A stretch of DNA of 64,000 nt. It comes from Mobula hypostoma (Eukaryota). The DNA lies in contig NC_086108.1 in the NCBI RefSeq assembly GCF_963921235.1, positions 102,178,001 to 102,242,000 of the forward strand, in the 5' to 3' direction. The notes under the pieces were generated by a model, which made no database searches, was not told the DNA's origin, and saw only the letters and a list, made by a program, of their open reading frames with translations. Positions 36,301 to 49,109 of this stretch are shown here, piece after piece (the stretch's first letter is position 1; every line of letters starts with the position of its first letter). The position numbers and the translations under genes were made by a program.

Positions 36301-39300
36301 TCACTGTCTCGATGTTCCAGTTCCCACATTTCCACACCCTGCTCCACTACCACCATCTCACTCTTTGCTTTCTACATGACTCCCATGTCCATTTGTTCAT
36401 CCTGAATGATTTTTCTTCTGGCACATATCCCTGCAAACATGAAAGTTAAACACACACATCTCCTCTCTCACTACCATTCAGGGTCTCAAATAGTCCTTCC
36501 AGGTAAATTGACATTTCATCTGTCGGGGTCATCCAGTTCAGTTGTATAGCCTGCATGCTGGCCTTCAAATTGTCTCTCTGCACCTTCATTCGATATCGAA
36601 CAAAACAGTCAACCTCTCGCCACATGCATCCCTTCAAAAAACACCCCAATCATGCAACCACTCCTCTCCACAACTCCACCTTCAGTCCCTCTCCCCAGAT
36701 CCTACCTCCTACCCTAATCATCCACATAGCTTCCCCTTTCTTCTTATAACCCCTCCCAATGTCTCCCTCAACACACTACAGTATTCCTTGGCCTCTCCCT
36801 CCCTCCTGCCTGTCATTTCCTCCTCTTGACTTCTCCCATCAATAATCACCTCAGATCCCCTCCTCTCTTTTTGTAGTTCGCACAAACCTTGGCTTGGATC
36901 CTTCCAGGTAATCTGACAACTGGAATGTTTGGTCCCCCTACACTGAAGGAAATGCACGGCTCTGGAGAGCACTGCGGACACCAACCAGCATAGAGCTCCG
37001 CTCCACCCCCGGCCGCGCTGCAACCGGTCCCACAGTCTGCGGGCAGCCAATCAGCAGTGGCACCCGGTGTCAGGCAACAGCGGCTTCCAAACACTGTTCA
37101 TCTCCCTGGCAACGGGACCAGCGCTCCCTTCCCGGGCTAAATCGGCAGGAAGAGACACAAGGTGGGGGAATGGGGATGTGTGGAAGGATTGAAGCAGGAG
37201 ACTGTACAGTTGGAAATTAGAGGAGGGGTTAAGGGGCATGGAGCTGGGGTCTGGGGACAAGGGGAGAGACATTGGAGGAGGAGTTTGGAGTTGGGGGTGT
37301 TAGGAAGGGGAGAGAGGACAAGGTTGGAGGAAAGAGTAGAACAATGGCAGAGGAGGGGTGAGCGGCTTGCAGGAGGCGGTAAGGGAGAAGGGAATTAGAG
37401 AAGGAAATTTAATGATGGAAGTCACCAGTGAGCTAACCAGCAGACTAAATCTAATCGCTTATAACATTTCCTTTTATTTCTAATTACACACAATATCTGT
37501 ATTTTGTTTTGTTGAGTGAATGCCAACTGACCTAAATCCAGGTTGTGTTTAGTTTATATCCACTTCTTTAGTCTGAGCTGAGAGATGAAAAACAAACCAA
37601 TAACTAAAGCAGAAGTATTGGACTCAGCAACATCAATCTGTGCAAGATAACTTTCATCAAAGATGAAGAAGTGATGTGGCTGGCAAGCCAGTATAAATGA
37701 TGGAGAACATCGATGAAAACGCATCAGTGGCTATACGTCATTAGGAGTTTGAAGAGATTTGTTATGTCACCAAAGACTTTTGCCAATTTCTACAGATATA
37801 CCATGGAGAGTATTCTGAGTGGTTGCATCACTGCCTGTTATGGAGTCTCCAATGTATGGGATTGTCAGAGGGTTGTATCGAGCCAGTACAAGCCTCAAGG
37901 CAATGCCTCAGGAAAGTGGCATCCATCATGAAGGACCCTCACCATCTGGCTCATGCCCTCTGGCATCAATACCACCAGGCTGGAGGTACCTGAAGATGCA
38001 CACTCAACATTTTAGTAACAGCTTCTTCTCCTCTGCTATCAGATTTCTGAATGGTCCATGAACTTGTAAACACTACCTTGCTGCTCCTCTTTTGCAATAC
38101 TTGTCTATTTATTTATGTATTTTTGTTGTAGCTAATGTTTGCAATGCTCCCACCGTACTGTTTCCACAGAACAGCAGATTTCACAACTTATGCCGGTCAC
38201 AATGAACCTGATTCTCATTCTGAATTGGTTAAATCGATCTGAATCATATATATGTTTCAATATGTTGGCAGGGATAATAATGTTGATAATCATAAACACG
38301 AGAAAGTCTGCAAATGATGGAAGTCCAAAACAACACATACAAAATGCTGGAGGACAGGTCAGGCAGTATCTACAGAGATGACTAAATAGTCGAGACCCTT
38401 CTTCAGGACAGAGAAGGAAGGGGGAATTGAATTGAATTGATTTGAATTGACTTTATTTCTGATATCCTTCAGATACATAAGGAGTAAAAATCTTAAGGTA
38501 ACATGTCTGTCTAAATGTGTAATTTATAGTAATTTATAATAAATATTATATACAACAAGATTGACAACATAACATACAAATACGGTTGTGTCAGCATGAA
38601 TTAAGCAGTTTCATAGCCTGGTGGAAGAAGCTGTCCCAAAGCCTGTTGGTCCTGGCTTTTATGGTGTGCTACCATTTCCCTGATGGTAGCAGATGAAACA
38701 ATTTGTGGCTGGGGTGACTCCACTCCCCAATGATCCTTTGGGCCCTTTTTACACACCTGTCTTTGTAAATGTCCTGAGTAGTGGGAAGTTCACAACTGCA
38801 GATGCACTGAGCTCTCTGCACCACTCTCCCTGCAGAGTCCTGCAATTAAGGGAAGTACAGTTCCCAATCCAGGCAGGGATGTAGCCAGTCAGGGTGCTCT
38901 CAATTGTGCCCCTTTAGAAAGTTCTTAGAATTTGGGGGCCTATACCAAACTTCTTCAACTGTCTGAGGTGAAAGAGGCACTGTTGTGCCTTTTTCACCAC
39001 ACAGCTGGTATGTACAGACCACATGAGGTCCTCGGTGATGTGTATGCCGAGGAACTTAAAGCTGTTTACCCTCTCAACCCCAGGTCCATTGATGTCAATA
39101 GGGGTTAGCCTGTCACCATTCCTCCTGTAATCCACAACCAGCTCCTTTGTTTTTGCGACATTGATTGTTTTCTTGACACCACTGTGTCAGGGTGATGACT
39201 TCTTCTCTGTAGGCAGCCTCATTATTATTTGAGATTAGGCCAATCAGTGTAGTGTCCTCAGCAAAATTAATTAGCAGATTGGAGCAGTGGGTGGCGACAC

Positions 39301-39530
39301 TCTCATGAGTATACAGAGAGTAAAGGAGGGGGCTTAGCACACAGCCCTGAGGGGCAACTGTGTTGAGGGTCAGAGGGGCAGAGGTGAGGGAGCCCACTCT
39401 TACCACATGCCAGTGATCTGACAGGAAGTCCAGGATCCAGCTACACAAGGCAGGGTGAAGTCCAAGATCTCTGAGCTTCCTGTCTAGCCTGGAGAGAATT
39501 ATGGTGTTGAATGTGAATTGTAGGTAGTCC

Positions 39531-42500
39531 GGCTTTACCGAATAAGTCGGCGACTATTATTAACTCTTTTATGTTGGATTCTGGGATTTCAGAAATTTGG
39601 AGATTTCTACATCCAAATGATAAGGAATTCTTCTTTTTTACATATGTGCATCGTTCTTTTTCCTGAATTGATTATTTCCTGATTGACTCTCGTTTGATTC
39701 CATATGTAGTTGATTGTAATTATGACATTATTGCTATTTCAGATCATGTTCCAATGAAACTTTCCATCAAGTTAATGGACACCTCTTGTACTAGCAGACA
39801 ATGGCGATTTAACCCTATTTTGCTTCAAGATCAGGACTTTGTCAAATTTATAAAGGAGCAGATTGATTTCTTCTTTTCAACTAATACTACAGAAGAAGTT
39901 TCCAATGGAACTGTTTGGGACGCCTTTAAAGCTTATATCCGTGGTCAGATTATTTCCTATTCGGCTGGTTTGAAAAAACGTATTAACAATGAAATACTTC
40001 TGTTGGTTGATAAAATTAAAGAAGTCGATAAAAAATATGCTATTTCTCCCAGTGAGGAGCTGTACAAACACAGAGTTGAACTCCAATTGGAACATAGCTT
40101 ATTATTAACATCCTCGATCGAAAATCAATTAATGAGAACTAGAAGTGATTTTTATGTTCATAGCGATAAATCGGGTAAATTACTGGCTAACCAATTGAAA
40201 TTTGATTTGGTTAAACGTCAAATTACTAAGATTCGCAAGCAGGATGATACTTTCACAGTTGATCATGCTGAGATAAACCAAACCTTTCAAGAATTTTATA
40301 CCTCTTTATATCACTCTGATTTTCCTCATGATTCTAATTTCATGCATGATTTTTTAAGTAAATTGAGTTTTCCGAAACTATCACCCAAAGATTGCCTATC
40401 ATTAGAAACTTCCATTTCAGAGGAAGAAATAATAACTGCAATCTCATCATTGAATTCCGGTAAAGCACCCGGTCCGGATAGGTTTACAGTGGAATTTTTA
40501 AAATTTTTTTCCTCCATTCTTTCTTCCAAGTTGTCTAGAATATTCAAGGAAGCAATCAGTTTAGGTAAATTACCACAATCGTTTTATGAAGCCTCTATTT
40601 CCTTAATTCTTAAAAAGAATAAAGATCCTACTGATTGTGCATCATACAGACCGATATCTCTTCTGAATGTAGACTCTAAAATTTTTTCAAAAATTCTAGC
40701 AACTAGACTGGAGAAGGTGTTACCTCAAATTATTTCCATGGATCAAACCGGATTTATTAAAAATCGCTATTCATTCTTTAATATTAGGAGGTTAATGAAT
40801 ATTGTTTACACCCCCTCATTTACTACCCCGGAATGTATTATCTCATTAGATGCTGAGAAAGTCTTTGACAGAGTTGAATGGCCTTATTTATTTAATGTTC
40901 TTGAGAAATTTAATTTTAATTTGACATTTATATCTTGGATTAAATTGTTATATTACTCCCCGGTAGCCTCAGTTTGTACAAATAATTATAGATCTCCTTT
41001 TTTTCGTCTTTTTCGTGGTACTAGGCAAGGTTGCCCTCTTAGTCCTTTACTATTTAATATTGCTCTTGAACCTTTAGCAATTGCTATTCGTGACTCGCCA
41101 AATATTGTTGGTATTACCCGTGGAAACGAAATACATAAATTATCATTATATGCAGATGATTTGTTGTTATACATCTCTAACCCGGAGAAGTCAATTCCTG
41201 CTATCCTAGATCTGTTAGCTCAATTTAGTAACTTCTCTGGTTACAAATTGAATCTTAGTAAGAGTGAATTATTCCCTTTAAATAAGCATGTACCTATTTA
41301 TGGACGTTTACCATTTAAATTGGTTACTGATTCATTTATATATTTAGGGATAACAATTACGAAAAAATATAAAGATTTATTTAAAGCTAATTTTTTACCT
41401 TTAATTGATCAGATTAAACTTTTATTTACCAAATGGTCCCCTATCTCTTTGTCTTTGATTGGTCGGATTAATGCTATTAAGATGATCATTTTGCCCAAAT
41501 TTTTGTATATACTCCAATCGGTTCCAATTTTTATCCCAAAATCTTTTTTTGATAACGTAGATTCAAAAATTTCCTCATATATTTGGCAGAATAAAAATCC
41601 TAGGTTAGGTAAAAGGTATCTACAGAAATCTAAAAAGGAGGGGGGGCTCGCCCTCCCGAATTTTAGATTCTATTATTGGGCAATTAATATTCGATATTTA
41701 AAATTTTGGTTACAAGATTTGGACACATCTTTAAACCCTCATTGGGTAAATCTTGAATCTAATTCATTACAAGGGTTTTCCTTGGGTTCGGTTTTAGGAA
41801 CTTTACTTCCTTTTACTTCTTTTAAATCATATAAACAAATGAACAACCCAATAGTTAAGCATACTTTACGTATATGGTTTCAATTCCGAAGATTTTTTGG
41901 GTTTAATCAATTTATCCTAGCAAGTCCCATTATATCAAATTTTCTTTTTCAACCTTCCACGATGGATCAAGCTTACTTTGATTGGAAAACCAAAGGTATA
42001 ATATCTTCTCGCGATTTATTTTTGGATAATTGTTTTATGTCTTTTGATCAACTCTCTAATAAATATAACTTACCCAGATCTCACTTTTTTAGATATCTAC
42101 AGATTAGAAACTTTTTAATTACTGTCTCCCTTAATTTTCCACATCCATATCCAATGGACACTTTGGAAAAAATCTTAGATTTAAATCTCTCTCAGAAAAG
42201 TGTAGTAGCAATTATATATAATATAATTATGAATTTATGTCCTGATGCTTCTAATAAAATTAAAGCTGACTGGGAAAGAGAACTTGAGATTAATATACCG
42301 ACTGAAAAATGGGAAAAAATTCTTCAGTTGGTGAATTCATCCTCTGTATGTGCTAAGCAGAGGTTGATACAGTTTAAAGTAGTGCACAGGGCTCATATGT
42401 CCAAAGATAAACTATCTCGTTATTATTCTTATATTAATCCAATATGTGACAGATGTCATTTCGAGATAGCTTCTCTAACCCACATGTTCTGGTCATGTCC

Positions 42501-43222
42501 CTTGTTGGAGAAATATTGGAAAGATATTTTTGATATTATTTCAACGGTCCTAAATATAGACTTACAACCTCATCCAATTACTGCTACCTTTGGATTACCA
42601 ATGATATACTTAAATAATTTAACTTCTTCATCACGAAGGATGATTGCATTTCTTACTTTAATAGCTAGAAGGTCCATTTTGTTGAATTGGAAAGAGATTA
42701 ACCCTCCTACTGTATTTCATTGGTTTTCACAAACTATGGTGTGTTTGAATTTGGAGAAAATTAGAAGTGCAGTTTATGACCCTTCCATTAAGTTTGAAAA
42801 AACTTGGAGGCCATTCATTCAACATTTTCATTTGATGTAATTTGATCATTTCCAAACTTGTTTTATCTCTCTGTACTGTTGTTGGAGGAGATTGGAGTCG
42901 TCGACACTAAGGTTTTCTTCTTTTCCATTTTTAAGTTGTTAGTTTTGCCCAAGTCTTTTAGTTTAGTTGATTAATTTTGTTTTTCTTTGGGGATGGGGTT
43001 TACATTTTTTTGTTTTTTTTCTTTTTCATGATTTTTTTTCCCAGTTTTTTTTTGCTTTGTATTATCCATGGTTAGTTCTACATGTTTGGGAGCTTTGCTA
43101 ATTTACACTACTTGGTTTTGCAATTACTTTTTTTAAGTGTAACAATATATCTCCTACTATTTGTATTATTGCTATGTTTTGTTTCTATATTTTGAAATTA
43201 ATAAAAAGATTGAAAAAGAAAA
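39531..43222 (+). mobile_element. 5'-truncated L1-clade LINE with TSD
   Basis: GAATGTGAATTGTAG duplicated at 39509-39523 and 43223-43237. Tail aataaaaagattgaaaaagaaaa. Confidence 0.95.
39694..42840 (+). CDS. L1 ORF2 (end of endonuclease, RT, Cys-rich C-terminus), uninterrupted 1048 aa
   Basis: ISDH, GKAPGPD, YRPISLLN, GTRQGCPLSP, YADD, CDRC...HMFWSC. The N-terminus was lost by truncation. Confidence 0.92.
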   Translation: MIPYVVDCNYDIIAISDHVPMKLSIKLMDTSCTSRQWRFNPILLQDQDFVKFIKEQIDFFFSTNTTEEVSNGTVWDAFKAYIRGQIISYSAGLKKRINNEILLLVDKIKEVDKKYAISPSEELYKHRVELQLEHSLLLTSSIENQLMRTRSDFYVHSDKSGKLLANQLKFDLVKRQITKIRKQDDTFTVDHAEINQTFQEFYTSLYHSDFPHDSNFMHDFLSKLSFPKLSPKDCLSLETSISEEEIITAISSLNSGKAPGPDRFTVEFLKFFSSILSSKLSRIFKEAISLGKLPQSFYEASISLILKKNKDPTDCASYRPISLLNVDSKIFSKILATRLEKVLPQIISMDQTGFIKNRYSFFNIRRLMNIVYTPSFTTPECIISLDAEKVFDRVEWPYLFNVLEKFNFNLTFISWIKLLYYSPVASVCTNNYRSPFFRLFRGTRQGCPLSPLLFNIALEPLAIAIRDSPNIVGITRGNEIHKLSLYADDLLLYISNPEKSIPAILDLLAQFSNFSGYKLNLSKSELFPLNKHVPIYGRLPFKLVTDSFIYLGITITKKYKDLFKANFLPLIDQIKLLFTKWSPISLSLIGRINAIKMIILPKFLYILQSVPIFIPKSFFDNVDSKISSYIWQNKNPRLGKRYLQKSKKEGGLALPNFRFYYWAINIRYLKFWLQDLDTSLNPHWVNLESNSLQGFSLGSVLGTLLPFTSFKSYKQMNNPIVKHTLRIWFQFRRFFGFNQFILASPIISNFLFQPSTMDQAYFDWKTKGIISSRDLFLDNCFMSFDQLSNKYNLPRSHFFRYLQIRNFLITVSLNFPHPYPMDTLEKILDLNLSQKSVVAIIYNIIMNLCPDASNKIKADWERELEINIPTEKWEKILQLVNSSSVCAKQRLIQFKVVHRAHMSKDKLSRYYSYINPICDRCHFEIASLTHMFWSCPLLEKYWKDIFDIISTVLNIDLQPHPITATFGLPMIYLNNLTSSSRRMIAFLTLIARRSILLNWKEINPPTVFHWFSQTMVCLNLEKIRSAVYDPSIKFEKTWRPFIQHFHLM

Positions 43223-43879
43223 GAATGTGAATTGTAGTCCAAGAACAGCATTTGCACATAAGTATCCCTCTTCCCCAGATGTACAAGGAAGGTGTGTAGA
43301 GCTGTGACTATTACGTCATCCGTCAATCGGTTGTGTCAGTTAGCAAATTGTAGGGGGTCCAGTGTGGGTGGTAGCATGCTGCAGATGTGGTCCTTGACCA
43401 GCCTCTCAAAGCATTTGCTTATTATTGAGGTGAGTGTGACAGGACACCAGTCGTTCAGACACGTTACCTTGGTCTTTTTAGGTACAGGGACAATGGTGGA
43501 TGTTTTGAAGCAGGAGGACACTCTACACTGGGAGAGGGAGAAACTAAAAATGTCTGTAAACACATTTGCCAGTTGTGCCACACGCATCCTGAGTACCCGC
43601 CCTGGGATACCATCTGGTTCTGCAGCCTTGCGACTGTCCACTTGTTGGAAACAGCTGCGTACTTCGGCATCAGAGATGACCAAGCTGCAAGTCGCATCAG
43701 CTGTATGTCACTTCAGGGACTCAGTATTAGCGACATCGAGTTCAGCATAAAGAAGATTTAGCTCGTCTGGGAGAGCGGCAGTGATGTTGGAAACTCCACG
43801 CGCTGCATTTAACTTTGAAGTCTGTGATGGTGTGCAGATCTTACCATAAGCTGCATGTGTTGTTGGTGGAGAGTGGATC

Positions 43880-44455
43880 TTGTCCCTGTAATGGTGACGA
43901 CAAAGGTGTGGGAAAGGGAAAGAGACAAGCTGGAAGGTGATCGGTGAAGCCAGGTGGGTGGAAAAGGTCAAGGACTGGAGAAGAAAGCATCTGATAGGAG
44001 AGGAGAGTGGACTATAGGAGATAAGAAAGGAGGAAGGTACCGGGGGAAGTGATAGACAGGTGAGAAAAGGTAGATTTGGGAAGAGAGGAAGTGGGGTGGG
44101 GGCAATTTTTTACTGGAAGGTGAAATTCATATTCATGCCATCAGCTGGAGGCTACCCAGGTGGAATATTAGGTGTTGCTCCTCCATCCTCAGGATGGCTG
44201 CATCTTGACACAAGAGGAGGCCATTGACCGACATGTCAGAAGAGGAACGGGAATTGGACTTTAAAAGTGTGGACATCGGGAAGTTTCACTTGCGCGGATG
44301 AAACAGAGGTGCTCGAAGAAGTGGCCCCCCAATATACAACAGGTCTCACCAATGTAGAGGAGGTCACATCAGGAGTATTGAACACAAGAGAGGACTCTTA
44401 ACGGATTCGCATGTGAAGTATTGTCTTACTTGGAAGGGCTGTTTGGGGATAGAAA
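43880..44455 (-). mobile_element. Penelope-like element 3' fragment (GIY-YIG endonuclease)
   Basis: Minus strand gives C..LLYIGET (about 44385-44340) and LRMEEQHLIFHLGSLQ (about 44200-44140), followed by a pyrimidine-rich terminal region. Confidence 0.75.
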
Positions 44456-45164
44456 TCAGGTTGTCGAGGTTCCCTGAAAGGTCAGCATAGGCTTGTGAAC
44501 TGCATGCCGATACTTGCAAGCTGCTCCAAGCATACCACCATGTGTGCTGGTTGTTAATGCAAAGATCGCATTTGACTGTATGCTTTGATGCTGCATAACA
44601 ACAAATTTCTCAACATAGGCCAGTGATATTAACCTTGATTCTGATTCAGATTCTGATAAATAAACTTGAATCTTGACCTTGAATTTTGAATCGTTATCTT
44701 TCCTATTGAATTTTATTTAGGATGAAGTCAAGACCATCTTTGCCTACAGTCAATGTCTATCTGAATGAAGCTACTCCTGTTTGTGTTTATATTCAGAAAC
44801 CCAAGCTACTGCCTTCTATTGTGGAAGTAGGTAAAAATGATGTCAATCACTTACATGATTGGTACCTGATAATTACTCGGAGAAAGTCTTGGCTGAAAGG
44901 GGATGATGGAAGTTATTGTATATGGCATGTTGTGGCGATTTGTAATCTTCTGTCTAAAAAGAATGATAGTAGCAGATTAAATAGCAAAATATAAAAGAGA
45001 ATTGGATAATCAATTAAAACCGAAATAACTTATTGACTGTGCAGAGGGATGGCATTACGAGAGCTGATATGGACATTATGGGTTGAGTGTTTGTCTCCTA
45101 TATAATATCATTCTAGGAATCTAAATTTTCCTATTGGCACATAGATGAAAGAAAAATGGAGGGG

Positions 45165-45515
45165 TTATGAAAGCCCTAGATAGAGTAGACAATGAGAAGA
45201 TGTTTCCTATAGTGGGGGTGTCTAGGATCAGAGGTCACAGCCACAGAATAGAAGGACATCACTTTAGAACAGAGATAAAGAGGGATTTCTTGAGCTGGGG
45301 AATTCATTGCAATAGACAGCTGTGGAGGGCATCATTGGGTATATTTTAAGTGGAAGTTGTTACATTCTTAGTTAGGAAGGGTGTCAGAGGTTACAGGGAG
45401 AAGGCAGGGGAGAATGGGATTGAGAGGGATAATAAATCAGCCATGATGCAATAGCAGAGCAGGATTAATGGACCAAATGGCCTAATTCTGCTCCAATGTC
45501 CTATGATATTATGGG
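45165..45515 (+). mobile_element. Degenerate CR1 3' end
   Basis: LDRVD.EKMFPIVG.SRIRGHS peptide and CR1-type 3' UTR (aatggcctaattctgctcc). Confidence 0.7.
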
Positions 45516-45994
45516 AGAGAAGGGTTAGATTGATTTTCGAGTAGGTTAAAACGTCAGCAAAACATTGTGGGCAAAAATACCTGTAGTGTTGTATGATTCC
45601 AGCTCAGGTGCTTGATTGTTTTAGATATGCCGTGATACACCTTTGCCAAAGTACTAAATGCCGGCGAGTGATAAGGAGATAAGGATAAAGAAGAAATAAA
45701 TACTTGTTCTTGTGCAGTACCTTTCATTTTCATTCCAGGACAACCCCAACAGCTTTACCACCAGCTATTCAGAGGCACAGTCACTGTTAATGTATAGGAG
45801 ACCCAGTAGTCAGTTTCTTTAATGAGAAGCTCCCACAAACACCTGGCTGAAGATGACCCAATACTTCAGTAATGTAGACTGAAGGATAAATATTATGCAC
45901 ATATAATAATAGAGATGGTTTACCTCTTCTTCAAGTTAGTGCCAAAAGTGTTTTGATTTCCACTCTACAGAAGATAGAGTGCCTTGGTTGAATA

Positions 45995-46073
45995 CAGGGG
46001 TTTTCTAACTTTTTTATGCCATGGACCAAAATCATTAGGCAAGGGGTCTGTGGACCTAGGTTAGGAATCCCTG
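45995..46073. mobile_element. 79-bp hAT-type MITE
   Basis: Imperfect TIRs CAGGGGTTTTCTAAC / GTTAGGAATCCCTG. 8-bp TSD GTTGAATA at 45987-45994 and 46074-46081. Confidence 0.85.
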
Positions 46074-46605
46074 GTTGAATATATCATCAGAAATGCCACC
46101 CTTCCCAATGGCACCTTCACTCCTTAAAGAGAGATTCTTCTGGACCACAACCTCTCTTATTCTCGACTTTCTTGCCAAACTAAACGGTGTCTCTGTACCC
46201 ACCTTGGGTTCCATACTGAGGGTTGCACCTTCTCCCAGTTATTATAGGTGTCCAGAAGAAAGGTATCAGCTGAGTCAGAAAATTGGACAAAATCTCAGAA
46301 GAGGAAAACTAATGATTGCCACAAATCCAAAACTTTTCTATGGAGTCAAAATTGCAAACAGGAAGTAAGTTATCAAATTATTCTTATAAACAAAGGCACA
46401 AAGAGCTTGTATATCTATTTTTTATGAAAATAAAAACAAAAAGTTATTGGAAATATATCTTTCAGGGTGACTATGCCGCTCTAATTGGGCTAATTACTTG
46501 TATTAAATTTTAATTGTATTTAAACATGTCCTCTAGCCGAATCCGTCTATGCCGACCATGGTATCCACCAATCTTGCCCCGTCATTGGCCTACATCCTTC
46601 TTAAC

Positions 46606-48518
46606 CATAGTTCCCTCTAAGCTGTGCGTGTGTGCATGCGCACACACGTTTTTCAACCAGTGCACAAAGAAAATTAATGTGTGCACAAAAGGTTAGTTAC
46701 CTAAAATAATGCAGTAGTTAATAATTATACTTATTGAAAATAATCTTTTAGCTAACTGTTTCTGTTAACTAATTAGTCGGTTTATCAAATACCACAATGC
46801 ACGTCACTAACTTACGTCACCTCACCTTTCCTGTTCCGGTTTGTACAGCTGCATCACGGCGGCAGCCATGTTTGGCGGACAGTGTTCATATCGTAAAGTT
46901 TACAAAGATCTGTTTCAAATCCTGTAGATAACTTACTAAGTTTTTGTTAGAAAAAATATTGATCTTTTTGGGCGTGAAGCGCAGAAGAACTGCAAATTTG
47001 TTTAAAGTTGAATGGCTTAACCAAATAGTAGAAACTGTTACACCAAAAGCTCATGAGGTCATGAATGTTCAGCTACGAGAAATATTAATGTCTGATTCGG
47101 AAACTGGAGTTATCTGTTTGTATTGTCGTGATACGAAAGTTGCTGGAAAATTTGCTAGTGGAAAGAAGTGACATGATATTTAGAAATTTGACTTTTTGAA
47201 GCGTCATTTGGCAAGTAAATCGCATTTGGATGGTGTACAAAATCTCCGGTAACAGAACCCGTCACTACCCGTTACAGGAGTGCTACACATGTTACGGTTG
47301 AGTGCAGATGAGTGAGAGCAAAAATGATCGAACTCAGAGGAGATCAAAGTTGAGGTACAAGAATGGTCAGCTTTTGATTCTCTGCAATTGCAGATTGTGA
47401 CTTCACATTTGACGATGAACAAGTTAATGCCTTATGTCTAAAGTATCATGATTTTCTAGCTGAAAATATTGTAATACTTAAACAGTTTAATGATTTCAAA
47501 TTTTCCATGCAAGAAAAAATTAAATCCAAACCAATTTCAAACTTTTCTCAAATGGTGGCATTTGTACTTCAAAATGAACAGTTTTGCGACCTTGCACAGT
47601 TGATGGACATTGGGGGAACCTTTCTTGCGTCTAGTACGGACTGCGAGCGAGGTTTCAGCCTAATGAATCAACTCAAAAACAAGCTGAGGAACCATTTAGG
47701 TGAATGTCATTTGGATATGTTAATGAGAATCAAAAGCTATCAATGCGATGGAAGTTCTATTAGTCGAGACAGAGTTTACAAAGAATAGGTAAATGCCAAA
47801 GACAGGAGAGGGAAAAAATAACTGAGTAACAAATATGACAAAAATTAAATATCTCCAACCTATTGGCATGAACATTGACTTCTCTAACTTCCGTTAATGC
47901 CCCTCCTCCCCTTCGTACCCCATCCCTTATTGATTTATTTATTTACTTATTTATTATTATTATGATAATAAATCATTATATGATTTTTTTCTTTCCCCTT
48001 TTCTTCTCTTTTTTTTCTCCCTCTAACTTCTTGCCTATTCTCTGGGCTTCCCCCCCTCCCCCTTTCTTTCTCCCTAGGCCTCCCGTCCCATGATCCTCTC
48101 CCTTCTCCAGCCTCGTATTCCTTTTGCCAATCAACCTTCCAGCTCTTAGCTTCATCCCCTCCCCCTCCTGTTTTCTCCTATCATTTTGGATCTCCCCCTC
48201 TCCCTCCCACTTTCAAATCTCTTATTATCTTTTCTTTTAGTTAGTCCTGATGAAGGGTCTCGGCCCGAAACATCAATTGTACCTCTTCCTATAGATGCTG
48301 CCTGGCCTGCTGTGTTCACCAGCATTTTTTGTGTGTGTGACTTAAATATGTATGTTATTTTGTTGTTCTGTGCAGTTTTATGTCAAGTATTTTGTAAACC
48401 TACATAAAACCTACATAAACTGTCCCATGTGTGCACACATACTTTTGTCACAGGAAAAAAAATTGCACAACATAAGATTTTTGCGCACACTGATTACTAA
48501 AAATTAGAGGGAACATTG
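46606..48518 (+). mobile_element. Internally deleted hAT DNA transposon (ZNF862-like transposase fragments)
   Basis: TIRs CATAGTTCCCTCTAA / TTAGAGGGAACATTG. 8-bp TSD TTCTTAAC (46598-46605, 48519-48526). N-terminal Zn-finger remnant (FKVEWL...ICLYC) and hAT dimerisation motif (SSTDCERGFSLMNQLKNKLRN). Nested Penelope end at about 47850-48340. Confidence 0.9.
48243..48280 (+). ncRNA. Degenerate hammerhead motif in a Penelope terminal fragment
   Basis: agtc-CTGATGA-A-GGGTCTCGGCCC-GAAA-catcaatt; the 3' part is CpG-decayed from cgtcgact. Preceded by an LQP.GMNIDFSNFR-stop Penelope C-terminus at about 47853-47897. Confidence 0.6.
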
Positions 48519-49109
48519 TTCTTAACGCCTGCTATTCATGTACTTATCCAAATGATTGTCAATGTTGTTATTGTACCTGCCATGGGTGCTTTGTCTGGCA
48601 GCTCATTCCACATACACACCAACCTCTGCATGAAAAGGTTGCCCCTCAAATCCTTTCAAATCTTCACCTCTCACCTTAAACCAAAGCTCAATAAGTTTCT
48701 TTTCTAATGGAAAAAGCTATGTGCTTTTTATAACCTTTATGCACCTCTTGGTTTCATAGATTCCAAAGAATAAAATCCTAACCTGCATTACCTCTCCCTA
48801 ATACTCAGGCACTTGAATCCTCGTAAATCTTTTCCACACCCTTTCCAGATTACAGATTGACCAAAATTGTGCACAGTACTATAAGTGTGATTCCACCAAT
48901 ATCTATATAATGTCCTCACTCATAAACTCAGTGCCTCTGACTGATCAGAGTCAGCGTGCCAGACACCTTCTTCACTTCTAAACCACGTTAACTTGTGCTG
49001 CTGCTGTCAGTGAACCATATACGTCAAGATCCATCCATTCTGCAACATTTTTGATTACATCTAGGATGTCTCCAGTGCATTAAATCCTGGCAAATTTGCT
49101 CCAAATTTA

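Larger units (their letters stand above)
28225..38445 (+). repeat. Tandem segmental duplication, unit B
   Basis: Collinear with unit A. Private LTR insertion 29332-34251. A deletion at about 36532 removes most of the Penelope/Gypsy remnant seen in unit A. Confidence 0.9.
38425..43850 (-). mobile_element. Rex1/Babar-like LINE split by an L1 insertion
   Basis: KTSTIVPVPKK, LDPLQFA, APQGCVLSPLLYSLYT, FAEDTT, FKFLGIHITEDL. (TTCAA)n tail at about 38425-38450. Confidence 0.85.
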
